Positions 34,096-46,014 of a DNA stretch of 64,000 bases are shown piece after piece. The notes below the pieces were generated by a model, which saw nothing but the letters and a program-made list of their open reading frames with translations, was not told the origin of the DNA and made no database searches. Position numbers and translations under genes: made by a program. Where the stretch lies: positions 62,001 to 126,000 of the forward strand of contig NIVC01000298.1 in assembly GCA_002269645.1 (NCBI GenBank). Reading direction: 5' to 3'. Position 1 is the first letter of the stretch, and each line of letters starts with the position of its first letter. The DNA is from Macrostomum lignano (Eukaryota).

Positions 34096-37000
34096 GGCCA
34101 GATGAGAGAGGGAGAGTTAGGGAATAGAGGAGAGAAAGGGGGAGAAGATACAGCAGATAAGATGAGGGATAAAAAGGACAGAAAAGAAGAGAGAAGGGAG
34201 ATGAGAAGAGACTCAAACCCTGAGCAGGCCGGATTGCTATGGTAAAGTTTCAAAAGGACCCGAGGGCAGAGTATGCCGATCCCTAGTCTAATTTCAGTAT
34301 TGACGTATCATGTATAGTAAGTTTATTGAAATTGCCGGTTAAATGTCGAAGAATTCACTGTTGGTATACGAGCGTACGTTTTTCTACTGCTTTGTTTTTT
34401 TAATAAATCTTGTTAATGACTTCGTGATCTGTAGTTTAGGTGCGTAAAAAAATAACCATTTCGAGATTAGCAATAGTTCGAATTAAATAAGTCCTAACAC
34501 TGAGGATTAAAAAAGTTATAAATATCGGAATGGAGATGGACAAAGTGTAAAGATGTAAAAACAGACATTGCAAGTACACACATTACGCTCATAAAACAGT
34601 TAAAAAAATAAATCTTAACCAAATTTTCAACTGATAAGTTTTTTCTTTCTTAGCTGCTCTTAAGAGCCTATGGAAAATCCTAGAAACGCCTTAACTAGCC
34701 ATACTACTTACTTCTTTAGGCTAACTCTACTAATAGTAGCATAAAAGCAAAACTGCGTTACCCTTGATAAAGCACCTACGCTCGTAATTTATGCCCTTTT
34801 TCATGTAAAGTACGAGATATAAAGTACGAGATTTTGAGACACCCGTTATATGCTCGTAATCTACCTTTTTGTGATCGATTTTGTCAAAACTGCAATCAGT
34901 TTTTCACGCGTAAATTCATGCCTATCCATGTCCCTTTATTACCCCAGCTTGAGCCATAGACTAATCTCCGAAAACTGCATTCCATTTTTTTCGCCAAAAT
35001 TGCCGGCAGTTGTCAATACATGTACCCTAATTTTGTACATGTATAATCTATTGTCAAAAGCCTAATTGCCTATTTTTGTTAAAGAAAAACTTTCGCCGAG
35101 TGTATCTGATAACTGAATTTTCGATTCTACACTGTTCTCCAATCTCAGATGTATATTGTTTTACTGTTTTTAAGTTGCTGTTTGCACCATAATCAAGGCT
35201 TTTATTCAGCTTTTAATCAGCTGTGATGTTCGAAAACTTTTTCTACCTACAAGTACACAGTATTCATTGCCTATATTTGAGCTCTGAGCTTAGATAGTGA
35301 AAATGAAGTTAAAATATTTACTGGCAAGTTGCAGGTTTCACTTTTTCGCTACTGTTAATTATTAATTAAATATTTGCAGGAGGGCTGAGGCCACCCTGGC
35401 TATAAGCCTTCAGCGACATCGTCCCACACTACCAGCACTGAGGCAGTTCTGCCCATTCCGCTGACCCCTGAGCACACACAAGCGCGCCAATACTGTACGC
35501 AGGCACGCACTCATACACGCTCACACAGGGTGTACAGCCGTCCTGACTTTCTAATCATCAGGCATGTGCACTCCCAGTGCCTTAGGGGCAATTCCTCATG
35601 GCTGTGGGCCACCAGGCGCGAGAGTCAGGCGCGTGCACCGCTGAGCTGCATGTGCTCTGTTCCCTTAACGATCTTTAGCCTTGTCGTACGAAAACAGGTA
35701 CATGTATATTGTACACTGGTTCTGCATGTGCGAAGATAAATAGAGTCAAAAGACAAAATAAGACGACAAAATATACTTAGCAACATTGAAAAGTCGCCAT
35801 CAGAGAAGATTCCGTCTGTGGTCGCCACTTTTGAGAGTGCAGGTAAAGTCTCAATCTTGCGAGTGACGCAACTCAGCTACGCCGCAGCAGACTTGAGTTG
35901 AGGATCAAAGTGGGGGGAGCGGTATGCGAGGGTTGGACGGATTGAAGCACCCCTGAGTCTTCTCAGTTATTTCAGAATAGTCCAAGAGAAATTGCTCACT
36001 GGCGCATAGAGTGGCGCTTTTCAATTTTGCTGAGTATACATGTAAGTTTCCAACTAAGAATTCTGAGTCTGCGCATGGGTATTCAATATTCTGGATATTG
36101 AATCTGTATTCAATGATAAGATGAGCTAGCAAGATTATACTTACGTAATGTACGAAATTATAATATTCCTGGCGTTGCCTTTTCGATGCACGCATTTACA
36201 TACAGCCACATGCTGTACAGGGGGGGGGACTGAGGTGAAGATGAGATGGTCCAATGGGCTGCAGATGCTCATTGACTCTGATGGGTTTCGGCCCCTTTCG
36301 GGAAGCCTTCGGGCCTCAGGTCTCAGAAATAAATCAATTAGAGTCCTGGCCCCCACTCCTGTCAGATGGTCAGCCCCATGGTAGCTAATTGATCGTGTGG
36401 CGAGCAGTCTTAGGTCCTATAGCTAAGAGAGGGACAGCGAGAGACAAGCAGGGAGAATTTTGAAGGTAGAGATCAGCTAATCCGCAGATTAACTAACCCG
36501 CTGCCACCAGCCCGCGCGTCCTGGCTCACCAAACCGGAACTTTCGAAATCGGGCTTCCGACTAGAGGGGGCTTTGCACTTACCTGCCAACTAGTGTCTTT
36601 TTGCTGTCTATCTCGAAGTCATAGCCGATGATAAGGGACACTGCTGGGACTAGATCGCATTGGCCATGCAGGTACAGAGGGGACTTGTGCAGGGGATTCT
36701 TGCAGTGGCGAGACTATGGGGTAGCTACATGTACTATTACATTGCTAAATACGAAGAATTGTACTTTTGGCCTTCAACGCGCCAACTAGCCTCTCGTAGC
36801 GCTGATGATAGGCTAACTCGAACTTCAGAGACCGCATGATTCATTACCCGAGCCGCTTGGCGAACCTAGAGTGCACAAAGTACATCTCTGGCGCCGATTC
36901 TGCACTACTGGCAATTTTGCTCACTGATTCGATAGATTGATCGACTGAGAACTGCCTTGCCATTGGTCCACTATGACCGGCGCCTACTAGCTAAGCTACT

Positions 37001-37343
37001 CATCTGAGCCATCGGCGAACAAAGAACTAAAACCGATAAAGATAACTGTCAGATTTAACCTTCTCCTTGAATCACTTCACACCTCAGATTAAATTGGAGC
37101 TTCAGACTACTAGCAGTATTATTGAATGATTTCTGCCTCAATAACAGCACTACTGAACAAAGTGAGCAAAAGTGTGCGCCTAATCCAGCTACTGAAACAG
37201 GGGACAGCTAGGAATCTAGGAAGCTAGGACAGCTAGGATAGCTAGGAATCACCCAATCAAGCAAGTCTAGGTAGCCTCTCACCCAACCAAATAGAAACTC
37301 AACAGCCGGAGAACAGGAAATCCACAGTGACCGAATTGGCTTA

Positions 37344-38661
37344 CGAGGGGTGATCAAAAAGTTCTGCAAGTGACCTCACAACTCAGTGTTACAGCAGCCG
37401 AGGCGTCTAATCAGTTTCACATTCCCTCAAAGTACTTTCCACCACTATCTATGCACCTTTGCATGCGTGTGCACCATGTCTGAAAGCAGTTATGGTACTC
37501 CGAAGTTGGTATACCCTGTAGAGCTGAATGTACCGCTTGGGCAAGGTCTTGCATGCGTGAAAACGGCCTCCCAGAAATGACGGATTTGATCCTCGGCAAC
37601 AGCCAAAAGTGGCATGGTGCTAGGTCTGGAGAGTAGGGTGGATGGGGCAGCAGCTGGACCCCCTGCTGCTACAGGTACGCCATAGTTCAGGCCGCTCTGT
37701 GCGGTGCCACATTGTCATGGTGCAGCAGGAGTCGAGGTCCATGCCTGGTTCGCACACGTTCCTGCCGCTCCTGCAGCACGCCTGGCAGAACAGTGTCTGT
37801 GTAGTACCTGGCAGTCACTGCGGCACCCGCTGGAAGGATGTTCACCGATACAACACCCTGAGAGTTGAAAAAAATGGTGAACATCCGCTTCCGACTGCGG
37901 AATCCGGTCTTCAGCACCTTGGGCCTTGGCTCATCTTCTGCCAGCCAGACCATGTTGGACTGCTTATCCTTCATGGTAAAGAAGGAGATACAAAATTCGT
38001 CTCCTGTGATGACATCCGACAGTCGTCGTGGGCCGTGGGGCTCAAACATTTGCACCCACAAGCGACAGATGCGCACCCTCACTGCTTGCTGCTCCGGAGT
38101 GAGAAGATGGGGTACCCACCGAGCGCAGGTCTTTGTGCGGCCCAGTTGCTCATGCATGATGTTATGAGCACTTCCATAGCTGACACCAAGCTCATAGGCA
38201 AGGAATCTCAGCATAATGCTCCAATCCTCACGAATTATTGCATCGGCATGGGCCACGACATCTTCGGTCACGGATGTCCGGGGTCAGCCAGACCTCGGTT
38301 CATCGTTGAAGCTGTCTCAGCCTTCCAAGAAATGGCACAGCCAGCGGGCAACCGTGTCAAATGATGGAGCAGAGTCAGCTAAAACATTCACCAGATCGGT
38401 GTGAATCTCAGTCACTTTGCAACCAAGTTGCATGCACATAAAGATATAGAAGCGAACACTGTCTTTTGATGTTTCCATCAGCTACTGAAAACACATGGAA
38501 AATATATGGCTGTGAAATTTTACGGGAGCACATTTGGAAGCCAAAAATGCATATAAATATAGCAAACAGATATAGCCGCATATGTGTAAGTTTTTGGCTT
38601 TTGCCGATTCTATAACTAAAAGCTATAACAAAAGGTTGCAGAACTTTTTGATCACAGCTCG
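37344..38661 (-). mobile_element. Mariner DNA transposon, decayed
   Basis: Left TA|CGAGGGGTGATCAAAAAGTTCTGCAA; right TTGCAGAACTTTTTGATCACAGCTCG (imperfect, TA not conserved); transposase inside. Confidence 0.92.
37417..38478 (-). pseudogene. Mariner DD34D transposase with stops/frameshifts
   Basis: METSKD...EIH; ARWVPHLL; VITGDE; HHDN; PYSPDLAP; ...GKYFE. Split over several frames. Confidence 0.9.
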
Positions 38662-41600
38662 GGATGATGCTGATGTCACAATCTTCGCAGATAGCTAGCA
38701 GGTGATGTTCTTAATCTTGATGTTCGCTGCTGACGACCGGGGGGATTCGTCCTTGATGAGGATGGGGGGAGTCGCGATCCGGGGATCAAGAGACGACGGT
38801 GCAACGGTTGTTGCCACCCAAACTCACGTGACCAGAAGATCCTATCACTTCCCTTGGGGCCATAAAAATACGACAGGTGCGTTCATAAATCACTCAAAAT
38901 CGCTACATAATGATTTATGACCTTTCGAGTAGAAAAGACAAAAATTACTGAAAAAATACATTAGAAAGCTCTTATTAAGTAAAAGTGAAGATAATGAAGA
39001 GAAATCGCTAATCGCTAATCCCAACGTACTTTTAGGGGTAAAACGCAAAACTGTCAAAGCTGTCACACGCTTGAGTAAACACGAACAATAGGCCCTGACC
39101 TCATAAATCTTGATGGCCTGTCAAAATGATGAGAAAAAAGCTACCGCCCGCATCCTCTCAGACCATCTGGCGCCAGTCTCAGCATTGAGTGAGGCGCAGG
39201 TGGCTGTCAGACCAGCTCGAAAGCAATGATTTATGACCCAAAAGCCGCATCTATGTTATTATAACTACAGGTATGGCAAAATCATATAACTAGTATGAAT
39301 TTTAGGAAAATTGCATAAAGAGAGGAAAAATGCCCATAGCCTGTTGTTAGTAGACTAGTAAGTTTGGAGCCCATGTGCGAGCGTGAATTAAGTTTGGAAA
39401 AAGTGCGTCCTCATAACAAGGACAACTAAAGCAACGTATAAACAGGACGCGAAACTCACACATTTCATTAAAAAAGTTTTGAAGACCACTTTTCGCCGAA
39501 AAATACACTACGGAGATATATTTCAAACTGGGGTGCCATTGTCAGCTGAGTCCAGCTGTCCCAGCGACAGCCTCGAGGAAGTTTTCATTCTTTCAGCACA
39601 AAAATTTTATTGCTTTCGATAGGATTCAGACCAAATGTTCATTCATCTTTTAATATGTTGTGCCTTTCTTATAGCTCTATCAATACTCATAAAGCTTTTT
39701 GTTCAGAAAATTAGGATTTTATGTTAATTTTTTTTGTAAAAGCAGCTAGTCGCGGTGGTTGGCAGCGAACTGGCCAAATGTCATTGGCGGCTCAGGTAGC
39801 CGGTAGACGATGTCAACTGGCAGCGTCATCTCCCGGCCAGTCAGCAGGCAGTGGGGAGAAAACCCAGTTGTAGCGTTAACGCTGCTGCGGTAGGCCAGGA
39901 GACAATGCGGCAGCACCTCTTCACAGTCCTCTGGCTGGACTGACTGCAGGTGGCAGCGGAGCATCTGGTGCAGGTTGCGGTGAAACCTTTCGGTGAAACA
40001 CTGCGGATGGTAGCCGGATGTCCGCGTCTTCTGAATCTCCAGCAGCTGGCACAGGCTCCTGATGACCTTGCCGTCCACGGCCTTGCAACGGTCAGAGTGC
40101 AGAATGCGCGGGGCTCCGAAACACATCAGCCAATTGTCGAACAGGGCCTTGGCGATGGTGGCCGCTTTCTCGTCGGGGATTGGCACCAGCACGATCCACT
40201 TGGTGAAGAAGTCGACAACGGTGAGCAGCCGATCGCTGTCCCGCCGTGACAGTCCGACCTTGACCACGTCGATGCTCACACGCTGCATAGAAAATCCACT
40301 GGCCATAGCTAGTCAAATATTTTAAATGTCGCGGGGGTGGTTCCCTCTCTCTTTGTCGATGTCTACAATCGTCGACGCTTCTGATGAATTAAAATAAGTC
40401 AGAGGTTCGATTCGCTTTTCTCGATCTCTAACCTTCAACAAGGATGTTAATTACTAATTCATGTTGGTTGCTATTTCTGATAGGATATTGATCACGCAAA
40501 TTTGTTAAGCAATTCAGTGAAAATGGAGCCACATGTTACTTATTGATACTGCTGCACTAGTTGACGTTTGTCCAGATTTATCTCTTTGTTAGATCGAGAT
40601 ATTAGTGTCTATAGGCTCGATTGTTGGGGCAAGCTAGAGGAGCAGTTGAGGAGGCGAAGAGGCGGAGGGCTTCAGTCTCACTGAACGCTAGTATATATAT
40701 GATTTATACTATGCGTTTCATTGGTGTTCGCTTCACGCAATAGGATCTCTACTGCCGCACAAGCATGTGCTGTACTTGCCTGATAGAAAAACCTGAAGTT
40801 CGCATTAAAAATAACATTGGGCATAACATGCTTAAATTAAGATCACTTCAATAGTCTGCAGCGGCAGACTCGGTGTCTTGGCGCGCTGGCACACTTGGCA
40901 GGACTTGACCGCCAGACGAACGCTCTCCGCCATCTTCGGCCAGTAGCAACGCTGCTTGAGGGCTGCCAAGGTCTTGTCCTCGCCCAGATGCCCAAGCTCA
41001 TGGACCTCCTCGATGAACTCCTCCTGTCTGCAGCGCGGAATCACAGGCACAGGCTTGGACTTCACCAGCTTGTTCAGGGCGCCGTCGACGAAACACAGGT
41101 CGCCGATCTTCTGTGCCAGAATTAGGCTCTCAGGCGGCAGTCGGTCACGTCTGCTGGCGCTGAACCTTGTCTTGCCGTTGGACAGCAGGCGAAACACCGG
41201 GCCGATGTCTGGATCACGGAGCTGCAGTTCACACAGTGACTGAGACGCATCTGACAGCGCCTCGCCTTCCTGAATGGCCTCGTCACTGATTTCGTCTTCG
41301 CTGGAGTCCTCGCTCTCGCTTGGGCGCGGTTGAAGCTGCTGCTTCCGCCTTGAAGCGCCCTGACGTTCCGGCTCGGCGTTGGTCTGGGCAGCCGCAGAGG
41401 TAGCCGGTGCTGATGTCGCTGCGTTGGTTTGCACGGAGTTGACTCTGACTGCGTCGACCCGGCCAGCAGCCGCCGCAGTTGGCACTCCGTCGGCTCCGTC
41501 TGGTAGGCGGCTGTTGAAGTCTCAGTTGGCGCCACCGCAGTATTCCCTGGCCGACAGACTCGACACTGGCTGGTGCACTTTTGCTCTCACCGAGAGAGGG

Positions 41601-42669
41601 CGTCTGCGTTGCCGTGTTGGCGCCCTCGGCGAAAGATGACCTTGAAGTTGAACTAATCAAGCAGCTGCCTGCAGCCATCTGGCCAGCTGGCCTTCGGGCT
41701 CTTTGAATTCCAGCAGATAGGTGAGCGCCTGCATGGTGATCCACTCGAATAGTGAAGGCGCGTAGCAGCAGGTAGCTCCGGAACTTCTTAACGAACTCGG
41801 CGACCGCCAGGAGCTCGCGCCGCGTCACACAATAGCTGCGCTCGGCTTTGGACAGGGCACAGCTGCCGTAGGCGATGACCCGCTCTTTGCTCGCCTGCAC
41901 TTGCGACAGCACCGCGCCGATTGCGCAGTCGCTCGCCTCGGTGTCGAGGATGAATTCGGAGTCCGACTCGCTTATGTCCAGGAATGCCAGGATCGGAGCT
42001 GACAGCAGCGCTTGTTTCAGCTGGTTGAAGGCCGCTTCGGCTTCTGGCGTCCACTCGAAGTGGTCGGCAGTACCAGGCGGCGCAGAGGCTCGGTGATTTT
42101 GACGTATTAGCGCACGAATCTTCGGTAGTAGGAGGTCATACCGAGGAAGCTCTTGACGTCCTTCGAGCTCGGGGCACCGGCCAGTCCCGCACAGCCATGG
42201 TCTGGCCCTTATCGACGGTGATGCTGGTCTTGCTGACGCGGTGGCCCAGGACTAACATGCTGGTATTTGCGAATCGGCACTTTGACGACTTGAGGCGCAG
42301 GTTGAACTCGCGCAGTCGCTCCAGAACTGACCGCAGCCGATCGTTGTGCTGGCCGATGGTCTGGCCCATCACAATGACGTCGTCAATGAACACATTCCGT
42401 AGTCCGAACTGTAGTGACTTGGCTTGTGTTGTGTGGGGTGCTGGGGGGGGGGTTGCTGCGTACACTTTACCATCGTGCTCTTTAACTCTCTCCTTCGCTT
42501 GTTCTTTTTTTCGCGCACGTGACTAATATGTCTATTTTACAGTCCCCAAATTATTGATCGGTTAAAACACTTTTTCGACAAATACATATATGAATGATTT
42601 TATCATGCTATCGCATAAGCATCTTTCTGCCACGCAAACTAAGTGAAGTCTTTACAGTGGCGACGATGC

Positions 42670-43947
42670 ATGAGCTTGGTTGGCTCAATAGAACCCTATG
42701 AAGAGGGCACTGAAAAGTGGATTCAGTACCAAGAAAGACTGGAGCAGTATTTTGAGGCCAATGATATCAAAGAAGAGAAGAAGCGTGCCGTTCTCCTTAG
42801 CGTCTGCGGCAAGAAGACGTATCAGTTGCTTGCCAGCCTGCTGTCTCCAGAGTCGCCTGCCCAGTCCAGCTACACAGCGATCTGCGCTAAGCTGAAAGAG
42901 AATTTCGACCCTGAGCCCCCTGAGATCGTGCTACGTTACCGTTTCTACTCCAGGAGTCGCCAAGTTGGTGAATCGATTGCGGATTTTCTCGCGGATCTTC
43001 GCAGACTGGCACGGGACTGCAACTTCGGCGGCAGCCTGAATGACATGATCAGAGACCGGCTCGTGCTTGGCATCGCTGACGACAGCATCCAGCGAAGGCT
43101 TCTTTCCGAGAAGAAGCTGACTCTCGAAACCGCAATATCTCTGGCGCAGGCTCAAGCGTCGGCCGCTGAGGGCAATCTCGTGATGAAATCTGCGAGTCAG
43201 GACGCCTTTCAGATAGCACACCAGCCACAGTCCACTAGACGCTGCTTTCGTTGCCGCTCCCAGCGGCACGTCGCGGCGAAGTGCCCGTTTTCTGACAAGA
43301 AGTGCTTCAACTGTTCGAAGGTGGGCCATACGGCTGCTGCCTGTAAGTCTCCTGCGGGTTCGAATCGTCGCATAGACCATAATGTGAGAGAGGTTGAGGT
43401 CGATGAAGAAGAGGCACATTCGCTGCACGTGATGGCTGAACGGTGTGGGAAGATTCCACCGATCGAGACCACGGTCATCATCGAAGGCACGCCAGTTCGG
43501 ATGGAGGTCGACACGGGCGCATCTGTCTCGCTCATATCTTCAGAAACATTTTGCTCAGAGCTGCGGGAAGGACCAAAGCTAGAACCTGCCAACACTAAGC
43601 TGCGCACCTACTCAGGAGAGCCGGTCCCCCTGCTAGGTAAAATTACCGTCCGAGTGCAAGCTGCCGAAGCTGCCAAGGAGCTTCCACTGCTCGTAGTCGA
43701 GGGCTCTGGTTCGAACCTGATCGGCCGTGACTGGCTGGCATGTTTGCCGCTGGACTGGCGCAGCATCAACCAGGTGCGAAAAGATAGTGAGCACCCTGGA
43801 ATCCGCGCCCTGCTGGACCAGTATGCCGAGGTTTTCGAGCCGGGACTCGGCAAGTACGAGCTACAACGGACCGCCTGTGCAGCTGCATCTGAAAGCCGGG
43901 GCCTGGCCTCGATTTTTCAAGGCACGCAACGTCCCGTTTGCTCTTAA
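42670..43947 (+). CDS. Gag-protease of the nested element
   Basis: MSLVGSIEPY...W..Y.ERLEQYF.AN; IRDRLVLG; two CCHC knuckles (CFRC..H...C, CFNC..GH...C); protease VDTGAS; frameshift to pol near 43860. Confidence 0.9.
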   Translation: MSLVGSIEPYEEGTEKWIQYQERLEQYFEANDIKEEKKRAVLLSVCGKKTYQLLASLLSPESPAQSSYTAICAKLKENFDPEPPEIVLRYRFYSRSRQVGESIADFLADLRRLARDCNFGGSLNDMIRDRLVLGIADDSIQRRLLSEKKLTLETAISLAQAQASAAEGNLVMKSASQDAFQIAHQPQSTRRCFRCRSQRHVAAKCPFSDKKCFNCSKVGHTAAACKSPAGSNRRIDHNVREVEVDEEEAHSLHVMAERCGKIPPIETTVIIEGTPVRMEVDTGASVSLISSETFCSELREGPKLEPANTKLRTYSGEPVPLLGKITVRVQAAEAAKELPLLVVEGSGSNLIGRDWLACLPLDWRSINQVRKDSEHPGIRALLDQYAEVFEPGLGKYELQRTACAAASESRGLASIFQGTQRPVCS

Positions 43948-45298
43948 GACTAAGGTGGAGGCTCAGCTCGACAAGGAAATTGAGCAAGGTGTGCTCAGAC
44001 CAGTCAACAACTCGGACTACGCCTCGCCGATTGTGCCAGTGCTCAAGTCGGACGGTTCAATACGCATCTGTGCCGACTTCAAACAAACGGTAAATCTCTG
44101 TGTTAAACCTGACAAATATCCGCTACCGAGAATCGAAGAGCTTTTTGCTAAGCTGGCAGGTGGGAAAAAATTTACGAAGCTCGACTTGTCGCAAGCCTAT
44201 TCTCAACTGCCACTGGACGAAGCAGCCCAAGAGATTTGTACAATTAATACGTCCAAAGGCCTTCTGCGCTACACCCGTCTGCCTTTTGGAGTTGCTCCGG
44301 CCGTCGGTATTTTCCAACGACACATGGACAATCTGCTGCAGTCGATTCCGCATGTCGCCTGTTTTATCGACGATCTGATCATCACCGGTGTTGACGACGA
44401 AAGTCACTTGCGCTCACTAGAGTCAGTGCTCAAGAAATTGCACCAAAGCGGACTGCGCTGCGGCCTGAGCAAGTGCGACTTCATGCAGGACAGTGTCAGC
44501 TATCTGGGCCACCGGATAGACGCTGACGGTCTGCATCCGCTACCGGACAAGGTTCGTGCCATCGCCGACGCTCCAGCACCGCGAGATGTGACACAGCTTC
44601 GCAGTTTTCTTGGACTTGTCAACTATTACGGGAAGTTCATGCCCAACTTGTCCGCGGAGCTGTCGCCACTGCATCGTCTGCTCAACCAAGGTGCCCAGTG
44701 GCGCTGGGGCATTCAACAGGAGACCGCATTTAGGAAGTGCAAGTCGCTTCTCAGCAAAGCGCCGGTCCTCGCGCACTTCGACGAAAGTAAGCCGCTGATC
44801 CTGGAGTGCGACGCGTCGCCCTACGGCGTCGGAGCGGTCATCAGTCATCGAATTGATGGCATCGATCAGCCGATCGCGTTCGCTTCGCGCTCTTTGCACG
44901 ATGCTGAGACCAGGTACTCCCAGTTGGACAAAGAGGCTCTGGCGGTCATTTTCGGAGTGAAGCGGCTTCATGCGTATCTGTACGGCCGAAAGTTTACACT
45001 GATCAGCGACCGCAAACCGCTATTGGGTCTGCTACACGAGTCCAAGCCGATTTCAGCAATGGCATCCGGTCGAATTCAAAGGTGGGCGCTCATCCTGGCA
45101 GGCTACAGCTACACGATGGAGCACCGATCAGGTCGTTCGCTGCTCCGTGCGGACGCGCTGAGTCGACTGCCGCTGCCAGAGAGACCAGCAAAGGCACCGA
45201 CACCAGCCGATGTGGTGCTAGTCATGGACACGCTTGAGGGACCAGTGACTGCCGGAGACATTCGAGCTTTGACTAGAACGGACCCGATCCTGTCCTAG
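43860..45298 (+). CDS. RT-RNase H of the nested element, truncated before integrase
   Basis: ASPIVPV, RICADFK, YPLPRIE, LPFGV, FIDD, LRSFLGLVNYY, CDASPYGVGAV, YSQLDKEALAV, ADALSRLP; in-frame TAG at 45296-45298. Confidence 0.92.
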
Positions 45299-45346
45299 GT
45301 GCTACAGTTCACCGAGTCTGGCTACTGGCCCGAGCGAGTAACTCAG

Positions 45347-46014
45347 GAGCACGATGGTAAAGTGTACGCAGCAACCCCCCCCCCTTAGCACCCCACACAA
45401 CACAAGCCAAGTCACTACACTCCTCCCCAACAACTGCAGAAGCAGGGAACAGGAATTAAAAGAAACTATTTAGTCCGCAACTCAAAGAGCACTAAATAAC
45501 GGAATCACAGTCACTGGTAACATAGTCGATTAGGCTAAAACCGCCGGCAGATGGAAGCCGGCGGTGGTGACTGCCAGCTCTGGAGCAGCGTCGTTTTCGT
45601 GCCACTTTGATGACGGCCGGGAGGTCCAACGGCACATCGACCAAGTTCGCAGACCCGCGGATGCTGTACCGGCTGGCGAAGCTCCAGAGGCTGAGCCGGT
45701 CGCTGATCCGCCGGAAGATCCGCCAGCAGCGGCCGGCGCAGCTGTTGCCCCCGGCCTGGCGGTCGCCTGCGACGCCACGAATGCGAGCGATTGGGCATTG
45801 CCGCGGCGCTCGACCAGGATCCGAACTGAGCCTAATCGACTGTGTTACCCGTGACTGTGATTCCGTTATTTAGTGCTCTTTGAGTTGCGGACTAAATAGT
45901 TTCTTTTAATTCCTGTTCCCTGCTTCTGCAGTTGTTGGGGAGGAGTGTAGTGACTTGGCTTGTGTTGTGTGGGGTGCTGGGGGGGGTTGCTGCGTACACT
46001 TTACCATCGTGCTC
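45347..46014. repeat. ~190-bp inverted repeat inside the nested element (arms 45347-45536 and 45829-46014)
   Basis: 45347-45536 is the reverse complement of the element's own 3' UTR, PPT and first ~70 bp of the 3' LTR, with a few mismatches. Confidence 0.93.

Noticed and set aside
35800-37340. ORF1/5' region of a LINE or Penelope element
   Set aside because: Composition is suggestive but no ORF or motif could be recognised.
37642-38364. 240-aa plus-strand ORF
   Set aside because: Antisense shadow of the mariner transposase.
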